Source: Nitrospiraceae bacterium
GTDB lineage: Bacteria; Nitrospirota; Nitrospiria; Nitrospirales; Nitrospiraceae
Direction of reading: 5' to 3'
NCBI GenBank assembly: GCA_050246315.1
Contig: JBFWWG010000002.1
Location: forward strand, 460,811 to 524,810
Length of the DNA: 64,000 bases
Below, piece after piece: positions 46,846-56,114 of the stretch. Under the pieces are notes generated by a model. It searched no databases, was not told the DNA's origin, and saw only the letters and a program-made list of their open reading frames with translations. Each line of letters starts with the position of its first letter. Within the stretch, counting starts at the first letter, position 1. A program made the translations under genes and the position numbers.

Positions 46846-48167
46846 GGGTTTACCGGTCGTCCGCGTCGACCATTTGAAAATTGTCGTCGCGCCAGGTTAT
46901 CTTCACGACTTCCCACGGCCGCAACGGAGAGGTGACGGAGTGGCCGAACGTGCCGGTCTCGAAAACCGGTGTCTGGGTAACTGGACCGAGGGTTCAAATC
47001 CCTCCCTCTCCGCCATTTTTCAATAGCTTGTGACGCTGTTTCAGCGGGGGTGATACCTAGAATCGCCTCAGGTGTCACCGGAAATGTAACCTTTTTCTCC
47101 TGAATGTACGCCCCTAGCTTCGCGGCAGCCTGCCTCAGGTCTTCCTCACTGGTGATGTTGTATCGGTCAAATACGGAGCGCGTCTTGTGGCCGCTGATCT
47201 TCATGGCCACGGTCTCAGGAACGCCCGCACGGACAAGATTTCGCACTCCGGTGCGCCGTAGGTCATGGAAGGTCCTATTCTCGACGCCTACGCGCTGACA
47301 GGCCGCTTGCCAGCCATGTACGAGGTTACTGAATGGCTTCCCGTTCCGGTGACAGACATAGGGGCAATGCGGATAGTCTCGGTCTCGCAGTTCCTTGGCC
47401 TTCTGGATCACGCGGAGGAAATCGCCCGTCATGTAGATCACGCGGGGCTGATTGGTCTTGGTTTGCTTGGCCGCCAGTCGGATGCAGCCTTCGGTCTCGC
47501 CTAATTCCACCTGCTCCCAGCGCAACCCCTTCTCACTGATGATTTCTCGCATCCGCATCCCGGTATAGTAGCCAATGGTCATGGCGACCTTGAGGTAATC
47601 CGGCGCGGCGCCCCGAACTGATAAAAACTCGTCATGCTCCAGGAAGCCTTCCCGCACATTGTTCTCCGCCAGCCGAGGGAAATGCGGAATCTGTCCTACC
47701 TTGGGAGGCGTTTGCCGCTGTCCCAGAATCATCATACGCTTGAGGGCATCAAGGTCTCGATTGACTGAGGCAGGCGCAGCCCCTTCCCCTAGCCGCTTGT
47801 CCACAAACTGCTGTAGACGTTGGGTGGTGATTGCGCTTACCCGCATTCCTCCGAAAACGGGTTTAAGTCGCTCGATGTTGTACTCCCGTCTGTCCCATGT
47901 CTTCAGCCCTTGAATTCGATAGTCTCGCTTCAGGTCTTCAACAAGGTCCTCAAACTTAGTCCGCTGAATCAGCGGGCCTACCCGCTGTCCGTCTAGAACC
48001 TTGCCTTCAGCCCGCTTCAAAACCGCCTGTGCCGCTCGCCTGTCATACCTCTCGGTAGACTGATAGATAGGTTTCCCATTGTCGAAGTATTTCATCCACC
48101 AGGGGCCAACCTCGACGCGCGCACCAGTGGCCGGGTCCTTCTTCTTGCGGCGATAGAGCGTCCCCAT
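46842..48167 (-). CDS. Tyrosine integrase; 3' end reads through the tRNA-Ser/att site
   Basis: YTGMR..EI, TKT..PR, FHDLRRT, SGHKTRSVFDRY. Confidence 0.93.
   Translation of the reverse strand: MGTLYRRKKKDPATGARVEVGPWWMKYFDNGKPIYQSTERYDRRAAQAVLKRAEGKVLDGQRVGPLIQRTKFEDLVEDLKRDYRIQGLKTWDRREYNIERLKPVFGGMRVSAITTQRLQQFVDKRLGEGAAPASVNRDLDALKRMMILGQRQTPPKVGQIPHFPRLAENNVREGFLEHDEFLSVRGAAPDYLKVAMTIGYYTGMRMREIISEKGLRWEQVELGETEGCIRLAAKQTKTNQPRVIYMTGDFLRVIQKAKELRDRDYPHCPYVCHRNGKPFSNLVHGWQAACQRVGVENRTFHDLRRTGVRNLVRAGVPETVAMKISGHKTRSVFDRYNITSEEDLRQAAAKLGAYIQEKKVTFPVTPEAILGITPAETASQAIEKWRRGRDLNPRSSYPDTGFRDRHVRPLRHLSVAAVGSREDNLARRQFSNGRRGRPVNP
46926..47015 (+). tRNA. tRNA-Ser(CGA)
   Basis: GGAGAGG/CCTCTCC acceptor stem, CCGGT-CTCGAAA-ACCGG anticodon arm, long variable arm, GTTCAAATC, encoded CCA. 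Confidence 0.97.
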
Positions 48168-48180
48168 TGCCTAACCCTCC

Positions 48181-48366
48181 CTACTCGTCTGCAACCAGGT
48201 CAGCGACTTTCACCCTTAACGTCCTTGCAAGCCGACGCAATGTAGTAAGCGACACATTGGCTTTCCCATTCTCCAAGTTACAAAGGTAGGTGTAACTCAT
48301 CCGCGCCTTGTCGGCTAACTGCTTTTGGGTCAGACCCTTCTCTTGGCGAACCGCTTTCAGGCGCAC
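48181..48366 (-). CDS. XRE-family HTH regulator
   Basis: LKAVRQEKGLTQKQLA...YLCNLENGKANVSL.TL. Confidence 0.88.
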   Translation of the reverse strand: MRLKAVRQEKGLTQKQLADKARMSYTYLCNLENGKANVSLTTLRRLARTLRVKVADLVADE

Positions 48367-48419
48367 GGCATATACCCTCTATACAGTAATTACTTTATAC
48401 AGTACTGTCTGGCAGGGTG

Positions 48420-48680
48420 TCAAGATGCCTGGCCCAGTTCCTCACAGAATTTGTTCCGATCGATAAACTCGTCCATATCCCTCACGTCTACATGGACCCG
48501 ACCCCCTGCCCGTACCGAGGGCAGCGCCCCATCCCAGATCAAGCGGCGAACCGACCACGTAGACCGGCCTAAATAAGCCGCTGCCTCGGCAAGCGTGTAG
48601 AGTCTTTTGGCCTGGTACCGGCTCTTGATGACTTGGCCAGTCCCTAAGCTCTGCCCATCGGGACCGTTCGCCCCGCTCAT
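48420..48680 (-). CDS. Excisionase-type HTH protein
   Basis: LYTLAEAAAYLGRS...VRRLIWDGALP.VR.G.R. Confidence 0.85.
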   Translation of the reverse strand: MSGANGPDGQSLGTGQVIKSRYQAKRLYTLAEAAAYLGRSTWSVRRLIWDGALPSVRAGGRVHVDVRDMDEFIDRNKFCEELGQAS

Positions 48681-48943
48681 CGCAGCCGCCTCACCAGATC
48701 GAGCGGAATCTTCACCAGCCGCTCGGTCTTAGGATGCCAGACCAGGACCGCCCCATCGGGATAGGTGGCCAGAATTTCGCCCGTACAGGGCCCAAAGAGC
48801 GGGCTGGTCCACCGGACCGCTTGGCCGGGCTCCATCCGGCGGGCTGGCTTGCTGACCGTCGGTTCGTCCATCGCGTGCCCGACTCGTTCGGCCTTCCGTG
48901 GACGGTTGGCAATCTCAAGCGCCCGCTGCAACAGATCGTCCAT
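48677..48943 (-). CDS. Hypothetical protein
   Basis: GAGG RBS + MDDLL; ATGA coupling. Confidence 0.6.
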   Translation of the reverse strand: MDDLLQRALEIANRPRKAERVGHAMDEPTVSKPARRMEPGQAVRWTSPLFGPCTGEILATYPDGAVLVWHPKTERLVKIPLDLVRRLR

Positions 48944-48974
48944 TCCGCCTCTCTTTCTCCTTACCCCTATGAAC

Positions 48975-49070
48975 CGCCACAGGCCGCCACACGCCACACA
49001 GTCGCCACAGCGGTTTTCTTTTCAATAACTTGCAGTTACGCCGCCTGTGTCGGATGTCCCATGTGTGGCG
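48975..49070. repeat. Iteron-like CGCCACA cluster (4 direct + 1 inverted), candidate replication origin
   Basis: CGCCACA at 48975, 48985, 48992, 49003; TGTGGCG at 49064; AT-rich spacer; at the 3' end of the rep-like gene. Confidence 0.55.
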
Positions 49071-50482
49071 CTTTCCCCAGGGTATGAAAGCGGAACATAG
49101 CGGCTCACCAGTTCGTCGATCAGCTTCTTCTTCAGGTCGTACCCTCGCACAGTCGTTTTTCCGTCACGCCACTTGGCGGGGCGGAGCCCCAGCGGATGAA
49201 GCCGTGAGGCGAGCGCCCGTGGCGAGAGGGATTCCCATCCCAGCCGGTCCTTCACCTTCTCGATGAGGTCGGGGGTCGAAATGCTGACATGGGGGCACTC
49301 CCCGAGCGTGTCCCGCAGGACTTCCAGGATGCCGATCAAGGGCTCATCCCCGGAAAGAGCCGCCCGATCCTTGCCCATCCGCGCCGCCAGGTCGATCAGG
49401 CGATCCGTCAGCGAGGAGCCGCCTTCGGCATCGGCTACGGAGGTGATGGCCACGAGCGGTTCCCAGAGATTCACGGCGCGGTCATCGTCCAAGTTCGCCA
49501 ACCCGGCGAAGTCGCCTTTCTCGTAGCACCCCTCAATCGTCGCTGCGCGATCGAGCGCGAAGGCCGCGCACACGTCACGGGCAGCTTGGGCTAACCGCGA
49601 GAGATGGCGAGGAGAAAATCGGTCCACGCGCACGGAGGGCGGTTTTCGCTGGAGGAACAAGATCAGCGCCCGATCTTCGAGCGTCGATTCAAGCGCGGAG
49701 ATCGAGGCAATCACCCGAGGCACATAGGTCTCAAATTGCTCTTTGACCTGATTCCCGCCCACTTTCTTGTAGCGAGCGACCACGGCCCCACGGTGAAATC
49801 CGACATTCAGTACGCTGGTCATTGCGCTCCACCGTTCCCGGTCATGGGTCATGCCTTCGAGTTCGTCAAAAATTTGGACCCCGCCATCTTCTCTCGGTTC
49901 TCGGAAAATCTGGGCTTCCGTTGGGGAGGCCGTCGGGGGGTGTGCGTTGAATGCCAACAGGCTCACCACATCCAAGAGACGGCTTTTGCCGCATCGTTTT
50001 TCGGGAGAACGAAGCACCAAATACGGGAAGTACTCGAAGGCTTGATAGAGGTAGGTGCCGACAATCCAAACCGCCACCAGGAGCCCGGCATCTGGAGGCA
50101 GGATCACAAACCGGTTGACAAGCGATTCGAGATGGGCGATCAGCTCCGCTCCGTTCGGACGTTCCCCCTTGAGAAAGCGTTTGATACCGTCTCGCGACAG
50201 TGGCCCCGATCCGAGGCCATAGTCGATCGCTCCAAACGCTTCCGCCGGCAGAATGGTCCGATCCGACAGGACCACATGCGCGGCACCCTTCAGTCGAACA
50301 CCCAGACTCAACTTGCCCTCGCGAAAATCCTGTGGAAGCCGCGGGGGTGGTGTCGGTTCGGTCCCGTCCAGCAGGTCTTTGTATTGCGAGGCCTGATCGT
50401 GATCAGTATCGGCCACGCCGTTCAAGGCGGCCTTCGATAGCTCTTTAAGCCGCAGTGCGTCGGCGTTCATGTTGTTTGGCAT
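49022..50482 (-). CDS. DUF3631-like P-loop replication/helicase protein
   Basis: PYLVLRSPEKRCGKSRLL, IFDE, LN.GF, TLEDR, DRA..LWEPL.AI. Confidence 0.8.
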   Translation of the reverse strand: MPNNMNADALRLKELSKAALNGVADTDHDQASQYKDLLDGTEPTPPPRLPQDFREGKLSLGVRLKGAAHVVLSDRTILPAEAFGAIDYGLGSGPLSRDGIKRFLKGERPNGAELIAHLESLVNRFVILPPDAGLLVAVWIVGTYLYQAFEYFPYLVLRSPEKRCGKSRLLDVVSLLAFNAHPPTASPTEAQIFREPREDGGVQIFDELEGMTHDRERWSAMTSVLNVGFHRGAVVARYKKVGGNQVKEQFETYVPRVIASISALESTLEDRALILFLQRKPPSVRVDRFSPRHLSRLAQAARDVCAAFALDRAATIEGCYEKGDFAGLANLDDDRAVNLWEPLVAITSVADAEGGSSLTDRLIDLAARMGKDRAALSGDEPLIGILEVLRDTLGECPHVSISTPDLIEKVKDRLGWESLSPRALASRLHPLGLRPAKWRDGKTTVRGYDLKKKLIDELVSRYVPLSYPGESATHGTSDTGGVTASY

Positions 50483-51002
50483 CGCGTGCCTTTCCCTGAT
50501 CGTAATCTCGAAACCGCAGCGTATCCGCCACGTCCTCTAGAATCGTCGCCCGCTCCAGATCGCGACGAGCCTGTGCCACGGCATCCATTGCGCAGTCGAA
50601 GTCCTCATCTGTCCACGTTGAGGTGTCGAGTCCAGAGGCTGCGCGCAGCACCGCTTCAGCCCGTTGCCGCAGATCAAGCGCGGTCTGTTCAAATTCAAAC
50701 GCGGTCCGCACCGGATCAAACCGGGCAGTTGTCGGTTGGTTCGGCGGGCGGGAGCCGCGAGGAAGTGCGGCATCATGGAAGAGGTCGGAAACCCGGATGT
50801 TGAGGGCTGCACAGATGGCGGACAGCTCACACCCCGCGAAGCAGCGGAGCAGTAACCCGCGTTCCCCTTGAGCGACTGACAACGATGGGTTGCGATCCGC
50901 ATGCGCCGGGCACCGCGCTTGCCAACCGCGGGAAGTTCGGCGCGTGGGTCCTCCGAGTCGTGAAAGGAAGTCGTCGATGGTCACGGCTGCCCTCCCGATC
51001 AC
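50445..51002 (-). CDS. Primase zinc-finger domain protein
   Basis: WQARCPAHADRNPSLSV...LLRCFAGC. Confidence 0.8.
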   Translation of the reverse strand: MIGRAAVTIDDFLSRLGGPTRRTSRGWQARCPAHADRNPSLSVAQGERGLLLRCFAGCELSAICAALNIRVSDLFHDAALPRGSRPPNQPTTARFDPVRTAFEFEQTALDLRQRAEAVLRAASGLDTSTWTDEDFDCAMDAVAQARRDLERATILEDVADTLRFRDYDQGKARDAKQHERRRTAA

Positions 51003-51166
51003 TTCTTGTTGTTGGCGGTTTCAACAAACGCACTAAGATCCTCGGGCCTGACAAGGACTCGACGGCCCAACCTGACAACGGGGAGCCTACCATCCCGAAT
51101 CCAACGACGAATCGTACTCTCACCTACCCGCAACTCCGATTTGACTGCGTGAATGTCTTTGAGCAT
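50999..51166 (-). CDS. 55-aa AlpA/excisionase-type HTH protein (absent from ORF track)
   Basis: GGAGG RBS; MLKDIHAVKSELRVGESTIRRWIRDGRLPVVRLGRRVLVRPEDLSAFVETANNKK; GTGA overlap with the primase gene. Confidence 0.8.
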   Translation of the reverse strand: MLKDIHAVKSELRVGESTIRRWIRDGRLPVVRLGRRVLVRPEDLSAFVETANNKK

Positions 51167-51307
51167 GAAACACCTCCGTTGAGTTGTAGTGATCGTTCAC
51201 AAGGTAGATGATAGTTCCTTTCAGAGAAGGAACAATGGACAGATAAGAGAAATGAAAGTGTCTAAGATTTGGGCAAGGCGGCGGGGGGATCTGCTAACGG
51301 GATCAGT

Positions 51308-52015
51308 CTATGTGGAGCGCCTGTCCTCGAACAGGAGAGCAAACTCGCCCTTAAGAATCTCAGGTCCCTTGTCCTTCAGGTGCTGGAGCGCCCTCTTGGC
51401 CTTGTTGGCAGCGCCACGGTCCTCCGTGTCTACTGACGCAGCCTGCAAGGCCATCACAGCATGTCGCAAGTGTTCTAAGGCGATTCTATGTGTCCGTTTC
51501 CTGGCTCGATACAGCCTCTTGTCACTCGCGCCTAGGAACGCCCGCCGTACTTGGACAGGCGTGCTCAGGCCTTGGAGGTCCGCCGCAGCGATTCGACGAC
51601 CCAGCAGCTTTGTAAGGGCATCGGCCAACTCCCTGGTTCGAGCGATCTGGTTGCGAATACGCCTGGCGTTGCGCCAGATTCCAGGAAGTGTCTCCTTAAG
51701 ATGTTTCTGTTCCGCTAACATCGCTTGATCTCTAGCATCTGCCCGGCGCGCCCTCATATCTGGCAAGCGGGGATTTCGGGCCTGCTGGAGTGCCCACTTC
51801 AGAGCGGCGGTTTGCCCATCTCGGCCCCGGCGTGCAGCGTATTCGCGGAGAAATTCCTCTACCCAGACCCGATACCGCTTGTACGTGTCAGGATCATGCT
51901 GCTTGAGAAGTGTTTCCAGTCCTTCAGTGAGGGTCTGGAAAAATTGTAGTTGTTCGCTTTTCCTCAGGATTCTACGGCGATCGTTGTCCGGCATCAGCCC
52001 CTCCCGTTGGAGCAT
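51308..52015 (-). CDS. Hypothetical Arg-rich helical protein
   Basis: 235-aa ORF co-oriented with the element core. Confidence 0.55.
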   Translation of the reverse strand: MLQREGLMPDNDRRRILRKSEQLQFFQTLTEGLETLLKQHDPDTYKRYRVWVEEFLREYAARRGRDGQTAALKWALQQARNPRLPDMRARRADARDQAMLAEQKHLKETLPGIWRNARRIRNQIARTRELADALTKLLGRRIAAADLQGLSTPVQVRRAFLGASDKRLYRARKRTHRIALEHLRHAVMALQAASVDTEDRGAANKAKRALQHLKDKGPEILKGEFALLFEDRRST

Positions 52016-52211
52016 CCCGAAATGGAGCCCGGCCAGCCGTCTCGGGTCAGCGGCGTTCGGGTGGCCTACGCGAGGTCGGGTGTACTGTTCGCGATCGAGC
52101 GTGGCGCGAGGCGTCCGATGACCAGCCGAGAAGCACCCCTGTAGTGCGGACTCTTGCTATCCCTAGCACGCCCACTCGCGAATGACAAACGAACCGGGCA
52201 GACTCAGCGGT

Positions 52212-52559
52212 TTACCTAGGATTATCAGTGTGTTGGGTGAGGCGGGATCGTAGTTGTACGAGCTGGTGATCGATCCTGCGAAGGAAGGGCCGACCTACTT
52301 TCCCCGCTCGCCGGCAGAGCGTCCGTTGGGACTCTGTAAGGAGGATCATGGCCGCCACTTCAGGAATCGCCCAGCACCGACGTGTGTATAGCTGGCCCCC
52401 ATGTCGCCAGTGGCGGACTACGAGCCTGGCGGGCAGACCGGCCTTCAACAGCCGACGCCTGGCCGCATGCCGTCCGACACCGAGCAGTAGCGCAATTTCA
52501 CCTACGGTCAAGCAGTCACGCGGAATCGTCTGACGGGCCCACGAATAATCCCTTGCCAT
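52212..52559 (-). CDS. Hypothetical protein, possible HTH
   Basis: LTVGEIALLLGVGR pattern. Confidence 0.45.
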   Translation of the reverse strand: MARDYSWARQTIPRDCLTVGEIALLLGVGRHAARRRLLKAGLPARLVVRHWRHGGQLYTRRCWAIPEVAAMILLTESQRTLCRRAGKVGRPFLRRIDHQLVQLRSRLTQHTDNPR

Positions 52560-52841
52560 GAATCCATTCTACACGGAACACGATCTTTGGCAACGCAGGG
52601 GCGCAATCGGGCATGATCTTGTGAGCGGTGACAGGTTGAAATTTTGGGGTAGCTTACTTAGACTCTCATGCGATTTGCCTTGGAGTAATGAGGACTGGCT
52701 CTAACAGGAGATGCAGCGCATCGATTGTGAGACGGGTCAAAGCTTTGCGAGGACTATCATGGCCGGAGAACAGATGTTTTTCGCCGAGCGCATCGTTGTT
52801 CGGGTACATGGGGGTCAATCGCTTACCCGCTATGTTTCTTC

Positions 52842-54098
52842 TTGTCTGCTCAATCGGCCTGGAGTGACTTCGCCGAAGCAACGACCGCATTCAAACGCAC
52901 GGATCATGGCACCATGTACTGTGATGGCAGCAAGAGCCCGAACAGCTGTGGTGGATCGATGATGTCACGTGAGTGCAGGCTGCGGCCTAAGTGTTTCGGT
53001 TTTCTTCATTTTGTAGTCCTGTACCTGGTCTGTGCACCTAATTTGTCACAGGCACATGATGATTTATCCACGAGAGCGCCAGAGAGGGCCAGGCAGTTAG
53101 TTAAGGAGGCGACAGCGCCACATTCATGGGGAAAGATAAGCGAGGGCAAAGGTGGGTTGGCATGGCAGATTGAGCTACTCACTTTGGCAATTCACTATGA
53201 CGCACTTTACCATGAAGCCTGGTTCGAACGAGGAACAATCTACCTCCTTGTTGATGAACTCTATCTCGCCTATCGTGACATGACCGAGGCGATTCGTCTC
53301 GCGCCGGAACCTTCGGAGGAATACCGAAAGATGCGGGATGAACTGTTTTCCACGAAGGACTTTCAAAGGTCCGCTTTTGAAGCACGTGACGCTTTGTGGC
53401 AAGGAGTAAGGGAGCGTGCAAACTCCATGGGGCTGTCTGATGGGATATATCTGGCGCGATCCCATTATCTTCGCGGTCAGGCAAGCATGGACCTCGTTCA
53501 ATGCGAAGCGGCCGCGGATGATTTCTCAGCGGATGTTGCCAGGGACCCATATCATGCCAATGGCTATGTCTACAGAGGACGAGCACTTTACTGCTTGGGC
53601 CAATACGAAAAGGCTTTGGCTGATTTCTCGAAAGGAATCAATGCATTTTCGCATTGGGCTTGGGAGCGCGCCGCCGGAGCGGCTCATGTCTGGAAGGGTC
53701 GTGCGCTACGCATGCTGAAGCGGTATGCAGAGGCAGATGAGAACTTTAGTAAGGCTATCAGCATTGAACGAGAGATGAATACCGTCCCCAGTATGAATGT
53801 CTTATGCAATGCTTTTTATGGACGAGCATTAGTTAAGAAGGACCTGAATCGGTATGAGCTGGTCATCGAGGATCTCACTATAGCAGTTGAGCTTGCACCT
53901 GAATGGCCCCATCCTCAATCAACAATCCGAAGGGATGGACCGGACTATGCAGGGATTCCCCCGACTCGGGGAAATGTTTATCGAGTGATGGCGGATGCCT
54001 TTCATCAAATGGACGATAGGGAACGCGAGCATAGGGCGTGGCAGATGGCGTGTCGGTTCTATGATGCTGAGGCTTGTGAAAAGGTCTTGGCCAAGTAG
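52842..54098 (+). CDS. TPR protein with probable signal peptide (element cargo; true start probably ~52959)
   Basis: AWFERG..Y, YVYRGRALY.LGQYEKALADFSK, AFYGRA repeats; lower GC. Confidence 0.8.
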   Translation: MSAQSAWSDFAEATTAFKRTDHGTMYCDGSKSPNSCGGSMMSRECRLRPKCFGFLHFVVLYLVCAPNLSQAHDDLSTRAPERARQLVKEATAPHSWGKISEGKGGLAWQIELLTLAIHYDALYHEAWFERGTIYLLVDELYLAYRDMTEAIRLAPEPSEEYRKMRDELFSTKDFQRSAFEARDALWQGVRERANSMGLSDGIYLARSHYLRGQASMDLVQCEAAADDFSADVARDPYHANGYVYRGRALYCLGQYEKALADFSKGINAFSHWAWERAAGAAHVWKGRALRMLKRYAEADENFSKAISIEREMNTVPSMNVLCNAFYGRALVKKDLNRYELVIEDLTIAVELAPEWPHPQSTIRRDGPDYAGIPPTRGNVYRVMADAFHQMDDREREHRAWQMACRFYDAEACEKVLAK

Positions 54099-54415
54099 AA
54101 CATACTCGTCATCAGGTCCCCCTTCCTTCCCCCCATTGCCCCCCCCTCCCCCTATAGCGCGAACCATCCGGCGGCTGCGGCGGGACAGATGATTGTGGGA
54201 GGCGACCCCTCAGCCGCGACTTTTCCGTTACCTTCATGTGTTGCCAGTATCGGCTGTCCGGGAAGTGTAACCGCAAGTGTCACCGTTGGGCCTCATGCCC
54301 ATCACACGCTATGCAACGCGATGCAATCCTTAGAATCGGCTAATCTTCGCTCCCGGTGTGGCTCTTCTCATCTTTCTGCATACCTGTATGATCCCCTAAT
54401 ACTTCATCCGATTGC

Positions 54416-54474
54416 TCTCGAAAACCGGTGTCTGGGTAACTGGACCGAGGGTTCAAATCCCTCCCTCTCCGCCA
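54416..54474 (+). repeat. attR: 3' 59 nt of tRNA-Ser(CGA)
   Basis: Identical to 46957-47015. Confidence 0.95.
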
Positions 54475-54645
54475 AAGCGCCGCCTGCCAGGCTAGCCGCC
54501 ATTGGAGCCATTTCATCGCCGGGAAGCAAGTACAGAGGGAGGGATTTGAACCAGGGGGTCTGCGGGGGATGTGTCCCCCGCATGGGGAGCATACGAGGGG
54601 GCTGGCCCCCTCTGTAGGAGCGGTCGGAGATGCTCCGATCGCGAC

Positions 54646-54668
54646 TTCAAATCCCTCCCTCTCCGCCA
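54646..54668 (+). repeat. Second tRNA-Ser 3'-end copy (23 nt)
   Basis: TTCAAATCCCTCCCTCTCCGCCA. Confidence 0.9.
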
Positions 54669-54834
54669 TACCAACCTTCGGTTGTACCGGCCGCTCATTG
54701 GGCGAAGCCCCTCTTCATTGTCGCGGCCGGAGAAACACCGCCAGTGTTCCTTCCCTTGTTATGAACCGCACTTCGTGTGAACGGCGGGCTCTTCAAGCGA
54801 AGCTTCTCTTCATTGTCGCCCGCCGAGAAACACC
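54663..54834 (+). repeat. 172-bp direct repeat, copy 1 (copy 2 at 61082-61253)
   Basis: Ungapped match beginning CCGCCATACCAACCTTCGGTTG. Confidence 0.92.
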
Positions 54835-55108
54835 TTTAACATCCTTCTGATCTCTCTTCTTGAGACCGCACTTCGCTTGAGCCGGTAACTGTTCCGCATT
54901 TTTTCTCACTGATGCAACCGGAGAGACAACTCAAGTGACTTCGCTCCTCTGGTCTCCCGAGACTATGGACCGAGATCTACCCAGAACTTCTCGTGCACCA
55001 GAACCAACAGGCGAATCCTATGGGACTGGGGAACCAATAACAAACGGATCGGAATGATGGTTTCGCCTCAGTTACGGCAACTATTCGGCAAACAGCGGCA
55101 AGCGGTGG

Positions 55109-55957
55109 TCAGGAATGTGGCCTAACCACTTTGAGATGCAGCGTATATGATTTACGAGGTAGATTTTTCCCTTGTATAGCAAAGGTCAAATCGAAAGCAT
55201 TGGTTGCGTCAGGTATGGTAACATCCACGGCGAACTTATATGGTCCCCCTGCCATTTGAACGGGATCAATGTCATTAACGCCTAGCCCGCTGAACTGGAA
55301 TGCATTGTGGTCAGCTCTCTCTGATATTCGTGTATCGGCTTCGTCCACATGGACCACGTTCGGAATAGCATAAATCCTGACAATCGGCCGGATGATCTCT
55401 ACTTTCCCTTTGTTTGATACGAGAAAGATTGCCCTTGCCCACTGCTTGTCTTTCTCAAGGGGAAATTCAATTTCAGGCAGTTTTTCAAGATCGTCTATGA
55501 GCTTGGGACCCGCGGTCGTTAGCAGGGCAATTTCAGCAATAGGTCTTCTTGATTGGCGTTCCTGTTCTCGTCTCCATTGCTCCTCTAGCAGCCCTAGCTG
55601 GGATTTGGAGATTTCCAGATTCTTACTTAATAGCTCCTGTTGGGCCTTCGATGTTTCAAGGTTATACCCAAGGATCTCCTGTTGCTTCGTCGCAGCATCG
55701 ACAACTGCCTGTAGCTGCTTCCGGCTGGCGTCCAAATTCTCTTGCTGTTCCTTACTGTCCCTGACAGCCTGTTGATAAGCAGCGATGCCAACATATAACG
55801 AAACGATCGCGACAACAAGGGTTGCAAGGTTCGTGATGTCGCCCAAGGTCAATGAGCCTGTACGAACGGGAATTCTTTCCCAGAGTAGATACGCGAAAAT
55901 TGCAAGGCCTGAGAAGGTCAGGATGGAGGCAACAGTCAAGAGCATAGATTTGTTCAT
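55109..55957 (-). CDS. Membrane-anchored coiled-coil hypothetical protein
   Basis: Two N-terminal hydrophobic segments, QQ..L..NLE.SK repeats, beta-rich C-terminus; low GC. Confidence 0.7.
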   Translation of the reverse strand: MNKSMLLTVASILTFSGLAIFAYLLWERIPVRTGSLTLGDITNLATLVVAIVSLYVGIAAYQQAVRDSKEQQENLDASRKQLQAVVDAATKQQEILGYNLETSKAQQELLSKNLEISKSQLGLLEEQWRREQERQSRRPIAEIALLTTAGPKLIDDLEKLPEIEFPLEKDKQWARAIFLVSNKGKVEIIRPIVRIYAIPNVVHVDEADTRISERADHNAFQFSGLGVNDIDPVQMAGGPYKFAVDVTIPDATNAFDLTFAIQGKNLPRKSYTLHLKVVRPHS

Positions 55958-56114
55958 CTGTGCACTGTGTGCAGGCGTTGGGCAACGTGATTATCCCGGA
56001 TTCCGCAGTTGCAATACGAGGCGTGTTTCTATCCTAGAACCCATCCGCAGAACTTGCTGCACAACGAGCGATGCCGATTTTCACCAAATCACCTGCGGCG
56101 CAGTTCAGAATTAG

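Larger units (their letters stand above)
46957..54474. mobile_element. ~7.5-kb phage-satellite/PICI-like integrative element in tRNA-Ser(CGA)
   Basis: 59-bp identical direct repeats 46957-47015 and 54416-54474; int, XRE, two xis-like HTHs, primase Zn-finger and DUF3631-like genes; no capsid or tail genes. Confidence 0.88.
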
